A stretch of DNA of 32,000 nucleotides from Prochlorococcus sp. MIT 0801. GTDB taxonomy: Bacteria; Cyanobacteriota; Cyanobacteriia; PCC-6307; Cyanobiaceae. Positions 25,039 to 32,000 of this stretch are shown piece by piece (position 1 is the stretch's first letter; every line of letters begins with the position of its first letter). The stretch is taken from positions 1,350,001 to 1,382,000 of the forward strand of contig NZ_CP007754.1 in assembly GCF_000757865.1 (NCBI RefSeq), read 5' to 3'. The notes beneath the pieces were generated by a model, which saw nothing but the letters and a program-made list of their open reading frames with translations, did no database searches and was not told the DNA's origin. The translations under genes were made by a program, and so were the position numbers.

Positions 25039-25239
25039 TTGAAGAATAGCCCTTCTATTGAAGAAATTGTTTCAGTAACTCTTAGCTGTACCCTAATTAG
25101 GATGACTGAAATAAATAAAATAGATAGATCAGTTCTTTATCAAGAATTCAAAGAATGGATTTTAAATTCTGGAGAGAATGAAGAGAGCCAGGAAATCCTA
25201 TGCCTGAGGTACTTAAAAAATGATAGAAAGAATAATTAG
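25039..25239 (+). CDS. hypothetical small protein (66 aa), paralogue of 21767..21961
   Basis: Similarity to the 64-aa ORF begins at residue 5 (SPSIEEI vs PNSIEDL). This supports initiation at or near the TTG at 25039 rather than at the internal ATG. Confidence 0.5.
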   Translation: MKNSPSIEEIVSVTLSCTLIRMTEINKIDRSVLYQEFKEWILNSGENEESQEILCLRYLKNDRKNN

Positions 25240-25336
25240 TTTAACTTATAATTATTATTTGGTTCTCTTGCAAAAAAAGAGTATTAAAATCCTCATTCAT
25301 GCTTTAATAGCGCTAAAATAAAAAAAATCTAAAGAA

Positions 25337-25612
25337 ATGTTTAGTTCAATATTTTCATTGTTTTTCTCCACTCTACTTTGGGTTCAAGTACCTCAATGGA
25401 GCGATAATTGGTCAAAATGCGCCGTAGACGTCCCCGACACGGCATGTCATTGGTACATTGTCTCACCAGACAATACTTTTGGGAAAGGCTTCGATTGGGC
25501 AACAGCTCCTTGGTTTGATGCAAACGGATTAAATGACGTTGCAAAAATTTCTTCTGAGACTGTAGTAGAAAAACTACAAGCAAAAGAAGTTAGTAGTAAA
25601 TTAATATCTTGA
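25337..25612 (+). CDS. hypothetical secreted Trp-rich protein (91 aa)
   Basis: N-terminal hydrophobic signal FSSIFSLFFSTLLWV. The competing antisense ORF is Arg-rich and looks spurious. Confidence 0.45.
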   Translation: MFSSIFSLFFSTLLWVQVPQWSDNWSKCAVDVPDTACHWYIVSPDNTFGKGFDWATAPWFDANGLNDVAKISSETVVEKLQAKEVSSKLIS

Positions 25613-25661
25613 TTATTTTTTAGATAATTACTAAGAAAAAAATAATCAACAGTTTTAAAAG

Positions 25662-26117
25662 TTAATTTCTTATCTCGCCTAATACTCTAAGTGCCTCATT
25701 AACATGAGCAGGACCATTTAAAAGATCATTGAAAATATGCCTAATAACACCTTTTGAATCAATAATGTAAGTTACTCGACCATCAAGTAAACCAAGAACT
25801 TTAGGAACGCCAAACGCTCTTCTCAAAGAATTTTCTGTGTCACACAATAATGGAAATGGTAGCTTATTTTTGTCTGCAAAAGATCTATGACTTGCTTCAT
25901 CATCACCACTTACCCCCCAAACTTCAGCCCCAAATAGTTTAAAAAGATCGTATTTATCTCTAAAACCACAATTTTCAGCTGTACAACCAGGCGTATCGTC
26001 TTTGGGATAAAAAAATAAAACTAGTGGCCTTCCTTTTGCTTGTTTATTCGTCCTAGAAACTCCTAGTTGATCAGAGAGTGAGAAATCAGGTATTTGATCA
26101 CCTAACTTTAAAGGCAT
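25662..26117 (-). CDS. peroxiredoxin, Bcp/PrxQ type
   Basis: Active-site motif FFYPKDDTPGCTAE. MPLKLGDQIPDF is a typical Bcp N-terminus, so I start at ATG 26117. Upstream in-frame ATGs are at 26123 and 26144. Confidence 0.88.
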   Translation of the reverse strand: MPLKLGDQIPDFSLSDQLGVSRTNKQAKGRPLVLFFYPKDDTPGCTAENCGFRDKYDLFKLFGAEVWGVSGDDEASHRSFADKNKLPFPLLCDTENSLRRAFGVPKVLGLLDGRVTYIIDSKGVIRHIFNDLLNGPAHVNEALRVLGEIRN

Positions 26118-26315
26118 TTGCATCCTAAAATATATAAAAAACATTATATAAAAAATTAGGGCTTATTGGAGGGAATAAGAATTAATAAAAGTGTATTAAC
26201 TCCATAATCTATAAATAAATTACTATTAACTACAGTTTGGAAACTATAGATTTATTAAGCTAAAATAATTAGTTTATTAACTTTTTGTATAATCATATTA
26301 ATTAAATAAAAATCA

Positions 26316-28655
26316 TTGAGTGGTTTCGGGGAAAAGAAAAAAGAGAATAAAGGCTCTTCTAAAAAACTCCAAAAGCTTTCAGAAAAGGATCTGAAAGCAA
26401 AATCAATCAATAATCATATTAAAGGGAATTTAGATGAAGCTGAGAAAGGGTATATAGCTTTTTTAAGAAATGGTTATTCTGATGCAGATATAATTTCAAA
26501 TTATGCTCTCATATGTGAAGAAAAAGGAGAAAATGAGAAAGCAATAAGATTATACGAAAAATGTGCTAAAAGTTTTCCAAATCATATTTACTCAAAATTA
26601 AATTTATCTTTTTTATATTATAAATTAAATCATTTAGAAATAGCAGAAATAATAATTGAAGAAGCAATTCAATTAAAGCCAAGCCTGCCCAATGGGCATT
26701 GTATTAGAGGATTGATTTTAAAAGGTTTAGATAAATATGATGAATCAAGATTATCACTTGAGAAAGCAATCGAACTAGATAAGAATTACTTTGATGCTTA
26801 TATCAATCTAGGATTATTGAACAAAGATTCTAATAAATATAATGAAGCCGAAGAATATTATTTGAAGGCATTAGAAATTAATAATAAATCTGCTATCGCT
26901 CATTTGAATCTAGGCGCATGCTACAAAGAGAAACAAGATCTAGATAAAGCAATTTTTCATACAAAGATGGCAATAGAGATAGATAATAAATTAGAAAACT
27001 GTTATTTAAATCTAGCTACAATATATAACCAAATTGGAGATTATAAAAAATCACTATCACTTACAAAAAAAGAACTTTTATTGCATAAGCATAGTGAGTT
27101 AAGTTATCAACTTATAAGTGAATTAATCAAAAAAGGAGAAGCATTAAACACATCGGAGAAAGATAATAGAGAATTACTAAAAAATTTATTAAATAGAAAA
27201 GATATATCTCATCGAGAACTATTTGGGAATATAAACAGCCTTATCTCCAAAGAAATATTAGAAGAATTATCTATTTTAGAATCGAAGATGTATGAAAACA
27301 ATAAATTTAATATTTTAATTAAGGATAAGGAATTAGTAAAAGCACTTTCTTTACTAATATTTTGCTCTCCATTATGGGAAAAGGTTTTAGGAAATATACG
27401 CAAGAATATTCTTTTAAACTATTCAGACAAAGATAAAATAAGTAATAGTGTTTTCAACTTTATAATAGGGCTTGGATCACAATGTTTCTTAAATGAGTAT
27501 GTCTATTACATATCTAAAGAAGAAAAGGATAAACTAAAAGAACTTAAAAAGATAATCAATAATAATAAAAATCAAGACTATGAATTAGCAATAATCTCTT
27601 GCTACCAATCTCTATCTTCAATAAATGATCAAATAATTAATTTAAATACTTATAAACCAAATAAAAAAGAATTAAATAATCTTCTTAATTTACAATTTAA
27701 AGAGTTAAATGCTGAAAAAAAGATTTCAAAAGGAATTAAAAAGATAGGAAATATAAAAGATTCAACATCTAAAGAAGTGAAAAACCAGTATGAATTAAAC
27801 CCATATCCTAGATGGAGATACAATTCATACGCTAAAGAAAACAAACAGAACTTTTTATCAGTTATTAATTCTGAAATTTTACCAAATACAATTAAACCTA
27901 ATTCATTTCAATTAACAAATAAAAAAATAAATATTCTTATAGCCGGTTGTGGAACGGGTATTCAAATAATTGAAGCATCTCGGTATAGTAATTGTGAAAT
28001 AACAGCAATCGATCTAAGCAATTCGAGTATCTCATATGCAAAGAGAAAGGTCGATGAATATGGATTAAAAAATATCAATTTTATAGAAATGGATTTACTT
28101 GAATTGAAATCGCTAAATAAAAAATTTGATTTAATAGAATGTTCAGGTGTTCTTCACCATATGAATGAGCCTAGTAAGGGATTATCAAATCTATTTGACG
28201 TATTAGAACCAGAAGGCTTTTTAAAGTTAGGTTTGTACAGCAAGTATGCAAGAGAAGAAATCCTAAAAGCAAGAAAACTAATCAAAGAAAAAGATATTAA
28301 ACCAAACATTGATGGAATAAGAAACTTCCGAAATGATCTTCTGAATGGAGAAATTAAAGAGGTAAATGAGATAAGTAATTGGTCAGATTTCTACTCAACT
28401 TCAATGTGTAGAGATCTTTGCTTTCATACCCACGAAAACTGTTACACGCTAATCGAAATTAAAAACATGTTAAAAGTATCTAATCTGGAATTCCTAGGTT
28501 TTACTCTTTCAAAAGAAATTAGAGATAAATATCAGATAGATAATAAAGATAAAGACTCTTTAAAAAATTTAGAATTATGGGATAAATTTGAAAAATTAAA
28601 TCCTAATTCTTTTAGAGAAATGTATCAATTCTGGTCTAGGAAATCAACTAAATAG
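26316..28655 (+). CDS. TPR-repeat protein fused to a class I SAM-dependent methyltransferase domain
   Basis: 779 aa. N-terminal TPRs (AIRLYEKCAKSFPNH, AIELDKNYFDAY, ALEINNKSAIAH). C-terminal methyltransferase motif I ILIAGCGTGIQ, then DLIECSGVLHHM. No ATG lies near the 5' end; the ORF track uses a TTG. Confidence 0.8.
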   Translation: MSGFGEKKKENKGSSKKLQKLSEKDLKAKSINNHIKGNLDEAEKGYIAFLRNGYSDADIISNYALICEEKGENEKAIRLYEKCAKSFPNHIYSKLNLSFLYYKLNHLEIAEIIIEEAIQLKPSLPNGHCIRGLILKGLDKYDESRLSLEKAIELDKNYFDAYINLGLLNKDSNKYNEAEEYYLKALEINNKSAIAHLNLGACYKEKQDLDKAIFHTKMAIEIDNKLENCYLNLATIYNQIGDYKKSLSLTKKELLLHKHSELSYQLISELIKKGEALNTSEKDNRELLKNLLNRKDISHRELFGNINSLISKEILEELSILESKMYENNKFNILIKDKELVKALSLLIFCSPLWEKVLGNIRKNILLNYSDKDKISNSVFNFIIGLGSQCFLNEYVYYISKEEKDKLKELKKIINNNKNQDYELAIISCYQSLSSINDQIINLNTYKPNKKELNNLLNLQFKELNAEKKISKGIKKIGNIKDSTSKEVKNQYELNPYPRWRYNSYAKENKQNFLSVINSEILPNTIKPNSFQLTNKKINILIAGCGTGIQIIEASRYSNCEITAIDLSNSSISYAKRKVDEYGLKNINFIEMDLLELKSLNKKFDLIECSGVLHHMNEPSKGLSNLFDVLEPEGFLKLGLYSKYAREEILKARKLIKEKDIKPNIDGIRNFRNDLLNGEIKEVNEISNWSDFYSTSMCRDLCFHTHENCYTLIEIKNMLKVSNLEFLGFTLSKEIRDKYQIDNKDKDSLKNLELWDKFEKLNPNSFREMYQFWSRKSTK

Positions 28656-28811
28656 TTGCTCTTCCAATCCTGGAATAAACATTTTACATAGGGTAAAAAT
28701 AAATAATATTGCTAGAACATTACCAAGCATTGCTATTGCAAAGCGAATTCTTAGATCCTTAGCAAAGGGTAGTAGGTTTTCCCAAAGTTGCAATAATGGT
28801 CCGCCAGCCAT
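28644..28811 (-). CDS. possible small membrane protein (55 aa), not in the ORF track
   Basis: Hand translation gives MAGGPLLQLWENLLPFAKDLRIRFAIAMLGNVLAILFIFTLCKMFIPGLEEQLFS. One TM helix. Its 3' end overlaps the convergent methyltransferase gene by 12 nt. Confidence 0.3.
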   Translation of the reverse strand: MAGGPLLQLWENLLPFAKDLRIRFAIAMLGNVLAILFIFTLCKMFIPGLEEQLFS

Positions 28812-28909
28812 TGGATATTAATGTTTAATTACTAATAGCTTACAGTGGGACTACCTTATTGGCTACATGAAAACACAGATTTAAAGCAAAAAGATTCTAT
28901 TAATATCTT

Positions 28910-29176
28910 CTATTTTAATTTGCTTCTCATAACAAATAGGAGTATCAAACCTATCAATATTAGGGCTAAAGGGTAAAGAAATAAAAATAATATATCTATT
29001 AGTGTTTCTGGTCTATTCACTATAAATAAACCTACTATAAAAATTATTATTGGCAAAACTATAAGTGATTTTATTAATAGGCCTTCATTCCATTTTTTAA
29101 TCTCATTATCTTCATCTAATAAAATTTCCAATTTATCCTTTAAAAGCTCATCATTAAATTCAGACTGATCACTCAT
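28910..29176 (-). CDS. hypothetical membrane protein (88 aa, acidic N-terminus, two TM helices)
   Basis: ATG start. Hydrophobic segments LIVLPIIIFIVGLFIV and ILFLFLYPLALILIGLILLFV. Confidence 0.5.
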   Translation of the reverse strand: MSDQSEFNDELLKDKLEILLDEDNEIKKWNEGLLIKSLIVLPIIIFIVGLFIVNRPETLIDILFLFLYPLALILIGLILLFVMRSKLK

Positions 29177-29262
29177 AAGATTTTGATATTATTAATGCAA
29201 GATAGAACTATATAATAATTTACTATATAGTTTTTATCAATAACTATTTTTATAAAAAAAGA

Positions 29263-29541
29263 ATGAGTCACTTTAATTATATAGATTTATTTGGTTTTTC
29301 AGCTGCTCTGCTAACTACTATCGCCTTCTTACCCCAGCTATATAAGACATGGGAAACAAAATCAGCTGATGATGTTTCATTAGTTATGTTGATTTTATTT
29401 ATAACAGGCCTTATTTGTTGGATTATTTACGGTTTAAAAATCCATTCAATTCCTATTCTAGTCGCTAATATTGTTACCTTTATTTTTAATTTTATGATCT
29501 TAATTTTAAAGCTTAGTTATAATAAAAAAAATAATAAGTAG
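29263..29541 (+). CDS. SemiSWEET / PQ-loop family transporter (three TM helices)
   Basis: 92 aa containing the PQ motif in TIAFLPQLYKTW, followed by two more hydrophobic helices. Size and topology fit bacterial SemiSWEETs. Confidence 0.7.
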   Translation: MSHFNYIDLFGFSAALLTTIAFLPQLYKTWETKSADDVSLVMLILFITGLICWIIYGLKIHSIPILVANIVTFIFNFMILILKLSYNKKNNK

Positions 29542-29617
29542 TTTCTTTTATATATATTAAATTATTTTTTTTCACCTTCCATACAGTGTATAGTTAATTA
29601 AGAATTAAACTAATTAA

Positions 29618-29779
29618 ATGTCAGGAGAGGAACTTCAACTTATTGGCAGATCTTTAGCTCTGCATCCACCCGTAATGATAATCACACTTGGTCTATTTAT
29701 GTACATTAGAGGAAAAGCTATTGCAAGTAGCAACCCCACTAAAAAAGTTACTCCATTTTTTCCTTTTAGAAACGTCTAA
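29618..29779 (+). CDS. possible small membrane protein (53 aa), not in the ORF track
   Basis: Hand translation gives MSGEELQLIGRSLALHPPVMIITLGLFMYIRGKAIASSNPTKKVTPFFPFRNV. It fills an otherwise empty spacer. No clear SD. Confidence 0.3.
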   Translation: MSGEELQLIGRSLALHPPVMIITLGLFMYIRGKAIASSNPTKKVTPFFPFRNV

Positions 29780-29835
29780 AAATATATCTAACTTTCAACA
29801 GCTATAAAACCTAAAGAATATTCTTGAATTAACTT

Positions 29836-30264
29836 TTAACCAAATGGATTGGTACCTTTTATTGGGCCAACGAAAAGGAACTCAATAACAGCTCCTGTTA
29901 TTGCAACAGGAAAAACCCAAATAGACATAAATCTAATTCCCATAAATTTCATTCCACCTTTACCGGCAAAAGCATCTTTAGTCATTGTATAAACAGTCTC
30001 AGTATCGCTAACCTTGTAAGAATCATTAATACCAGATTCATAAGGCTTCAAGAAATCCATTCTACTAAATAAATTTCTAAATTTATTTACCGCAATAATT
30101 GGCCAAACCCATAAGAAAAAGATTCGAGACCCTAATCTATTAGCATCAGATTGTGGATTTCCCAGGTCTTTATCACTATTTTTCTTTGGGAATGAATCTT
30201 CGATAATTGAAGCTATTTGCTCTTGGTCAGTTGGAAAATCAACTACAGTATTTTCAGAATCCAT
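29836..30264 (-). CDS. hypothetical membrane protein
   Basis: 142 aa from ATG 30264 (the ORF track starts one codon earlier at a TTG). Acidic N-terminus and two hydrophobic segments (IFFLWVWPIIAV, IWVFPVAITGAVIEFLFV). Confidence 0.5.
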   Translation of the reverse strand: MDSENTVVDFPTDQEQIASIIEDSFPKKNSDKDLGNPQSDANRLGSRIFFLWVWPIIAVNKFRNLFSRMDFLKPYESGINDSYKVSDTETVYTMTKDAFAGKGGMKFMGIRFMSIWVFPVAITGAVIEFLFVGPIKGTNPFG

Positions 30265-30353
30265 CAAAAACTTAAAATTTGGAATAATTATAAGATGAAT
30301 TGATTATTTTTGTATTAAAGCAATAATTTAATATTTATTGGTAACAATGACCA

Positions 30354-30389
30354 TTAAAAAAAGACCCAATATTAATTAGGTCTTTTTTA
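30354..30389 (-). terminator. Rho-independent terminator downstream of CDS 30430..30723
   Basis: AGACC (30362-66) / GGTCT (30379-83) stem, extendable through the flanking A/T runs. On the minus strand it is followed by a T-run. Confidence 0.5.
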
Positions 30390-30429
30390 CAGTTAATTTT
30401 TAAAAAGAAATTTTGATAACTATTATTTT

Positions 30430-30723
30430 TTATGCGTTTATCACTCCGCGGCGGATAAATTGCATTGCAAAAATTGCACCTAGGAAGAATACAGACGGTA
30501 TACCTAATGCATTCACTGCCAAAGTTCTAACGGTAAATACAGGATATCCATCTCCGGGTCTTCCTTTATCTGCAACAATTGCAGTATCTTCCCAAACTTG
30601 CTGGTTTTGAATAGTAGGACCGTTATCCCATACAAATACTCCCCATCTTCTCAACCAATAATCAGTAAAGGCAACTGAAAAAATGACTGGTGTTAATACC
30701 AAGAGTAATTTGAGGTTGATCAT
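30430..30723 (-). CDS. conserved-looking small membrane protein (97 aa, N- and C-terminal TM helices); family not recognised
   Basis: ATG start and a sensible composition ([50 protein letters not shown]). The antisense ORF 30413..30610 looks spurious. Confidence 0.6.
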   Translation of the reverse strand: MINLKLLLVLTPVIFSVAFTDYWLRRWGVFVWDNGPTIQNQQVWEDTAIVADKGRPGDGYPVFTVRTLAVNALGIPSVFFLGAIFAMQFIRRGVINA

Positions 30724-30913
30724 CCATCTATATATTTATCCAATAAATCTTGGCATATCAGAGCCAAAAAGGCTGATTGATTGATTGACCTTATGAATTC
30801 TGTAACAAATTGGTCCGATTTTAGAAGCTTTGATAACTCTCTAAGTTGACTCGCTTTACTTCTGATATGGTGGAATCATTGCCCTAACAGGCGTAAATTA
30901 ATTGGTTTAATTT

Positions 30914-31360
30914 ATGGAATTCGGTTTTAAAGAAATTCTTTTTGGGTTAGCTGGTGTAAGCATGATTGCTTGGGCTGGAGTAATAGGCCTCTGGCATACT
31001 TATATGTTCCCAAGATTCTTCAGAGAAGATACAAGTCGAATCAATAGCGCTTCTTCAGCAACTTCAGTCATCTCAGAAGCTCAATCAGCCCCTGAGAACA
31101 ATAGTCCCAACAAGCCTTGGTTCCTTGATGACGAAGGTGGCACACTTACACCTAAGACAGCAATGGGAGCAATAGGTCTTAGCGATAGAGGAAAATACAG
31201 CAAGAAATCTTTTGTAGTTGCTGATTTCAATCCTGTTGAAGCTGGTTATGGAGTTAATAGGCTTTACACTTCAGTTTTAATTGGCTTGGCTATCAGTACC
31301 TTTGTAATAATTTCCTTTGGACTTCAAAGTGGATTCGGAATGATGGGACCAAACTTATAA
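30914..31360 (+). CDS. hypothetical membrane protein (148 aa, TM helices at both ends)
   Basis: ATG start. N-terminal ILFGLAGVSMIAWAGVIGLW and C-terminal LYTSVLIGLAISTFVIISFGL hydrophobic segments, with a Ser-rich linker between them. Confidence 0.55.
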   Translation: MEFGFKEILFGLAGVSMIAWAGVIGLWHTYMFPRFFREDTSRINSASSATSVISEAQSAPENNSPNKPWFLDDEGGTLTPKTAMGAIGLSDRGKYSKKSFVVADFNPVEAGYGVNRLYTSVLIGLAISTFVIISFGLQSGFGMMGPNL

Positions 31361-31776
31361 ACCATCTGAATAAAAAAAAGACAGCAATAGTCAGCAAAAT
31401 TTAATTTTTCTAAGTACATAAGAGCCTTAAATACAACCAATACAAATGTTTTCAGATAAAGATCTTTAATAACGCCCTTTTTGAATAATTTTCAAATCTT
31501 TTCTTTAAAGTTAATTAAAAATCGATAGGAATTTATCTTTTGTTCTAATACTTTTGAAGGTTTATCCTTTAAAAGCCTTTTGAGCACTAGATTTAAGAAT
31601 CGTAATAGAGATTAAGAACAATCTGAGAAATTAATTTTCTAGAGAGAAAAGCAATAAATATTGACTTATTTGTGTATCAAAAATCAATATTGAATAGACA
31701 AGAAAATTTAAAAAAAACCAAATTCACTCTAAATGTGCAAAGCTGCTTTAAAATATCCTTGATTTTAAATTGCTCC

Positions 31777-32000
31777 ATGACTGTAGGAATCTACTTCGCT
31801 ACAACAACAGGTAAAACCGAAGATATAGCTGAACGGCTGCACGGATTACTTGACTCTGCTGAAGGTCCAAAGGATATTTCAGACGTCGATGACCTTAGTG
31901 AATTAGCTGGACATGATGGGGTTATTTGTGGCATCCCCACATGGAACACAGGTGCTGACTCTGAGAGATCAGGAACTGCTTGGGACTCAATCCTTGAAGA
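31777..32000 (+). CDS. isiB: flavodoxin, 5' part (runs off the window)
   Basis: MTVGIYFATTTGKTEDIAERL... carries the flavodoxin FMN phosphate-binding loop T-T-G-K-T. GIPTWNTG is also typical. Confidence 0.85.
   Translation, partial: MTVGIYFATTTGKTEDIAERLHGLLDSAEGPKDISDVDDLSELAGHDGVICGIPTWNTGADSERSGTAWDSILE

Noticed and set aside
25341-25583. 80-aa minus-strand ORF
   Set aside because: It is an Arg-rich antisense frame of the plus-strand secreted-protein ORF.
19206-25661. Calling the islet a prophage, tycheposon, PICI-like satellite or integrative element
   Set aside because: There is no tyrosine or serine recombinase, primase/helicase, capsid or terminase gene. I found no partial tRNA direct repeat in or beside the islet. 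Only the KfrA-like gene and the SOS box hint at a mobile origin.
27209-27844. Two 64-aa minus-strand ORFs
   Set aside because: Both are antisense frames within the TPR-methyltransferase gene.
30413-30610. 65-aa plus-strand ORF
   Set aside because: It is antisense to the better-supported 97-aa membrane protein gene and begins with a TTG.

Overview
The window is AT-rich, roughly 30% GC by eye. Its gene content (ycf4, overlapping psbD-psbC, futA/idiA, piuC, an OprB/Som-type porin, isiB flavodoxin, many tiny ORFan genes) looks like a high-light-clade Prochlorococcus marinus chromosome. That assignment comes from recognising protein sequences, not from a search.

Layout:
- 0-8.5 kb: core genes (petM 5' end, hydrolase, ilvH, cyclophilin, ycf4, psbD, psbC, maf, cobQ, small 2Fe-2S protein).
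- 8.45-12.2 kb: a two-gene sugar cassette (TPR/GT41 O-GlcNAc-transferase-like gene plus a UDP-glucuronate decarboxylase-like gene). It is bracketed by about 225-bp direct repeats that duplicate the ferredoxin/TPR-like gene junction.
- 12.79 kb: tRNA-Ser(CGA).
- 12.9-16.5 kb: iron-stress cluster (futA, piuC, small secreted Cys protein, porin).
- 16.7-19.2 kb: glyQ and a secreted S1 protease.
- 19.2-25.6 kb: a hypervariable islet of small ORFans.
- 25.7-32 kb: PrxQ, a TPR-methyltransferase, a SemiSWEET, small membrane proteins and the isiB 5' end.

Most interesting signals:
1. A roughly 1.1-kb GC-rich patch in the islet. It holds a hairpin-dense noncoding element and the N-terminal domain of a KfrA/DUF3102-like protein that heads a tightly coupled five-gene operon.
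2. A perfect cyanobacterial LexA (SOS) box overlapping a canonical promoter in front of a small islet gene.
3. An array of AGGAGAACA motifs between glyQ and the protease.
4. A shared GTATCAAA(A/G) motif upstream of all four iron-stress transcription units.
5. The repeat-flanked sugar cassette.

I found no integrase, CRISPR array, rRNA or recognisable defence gene.
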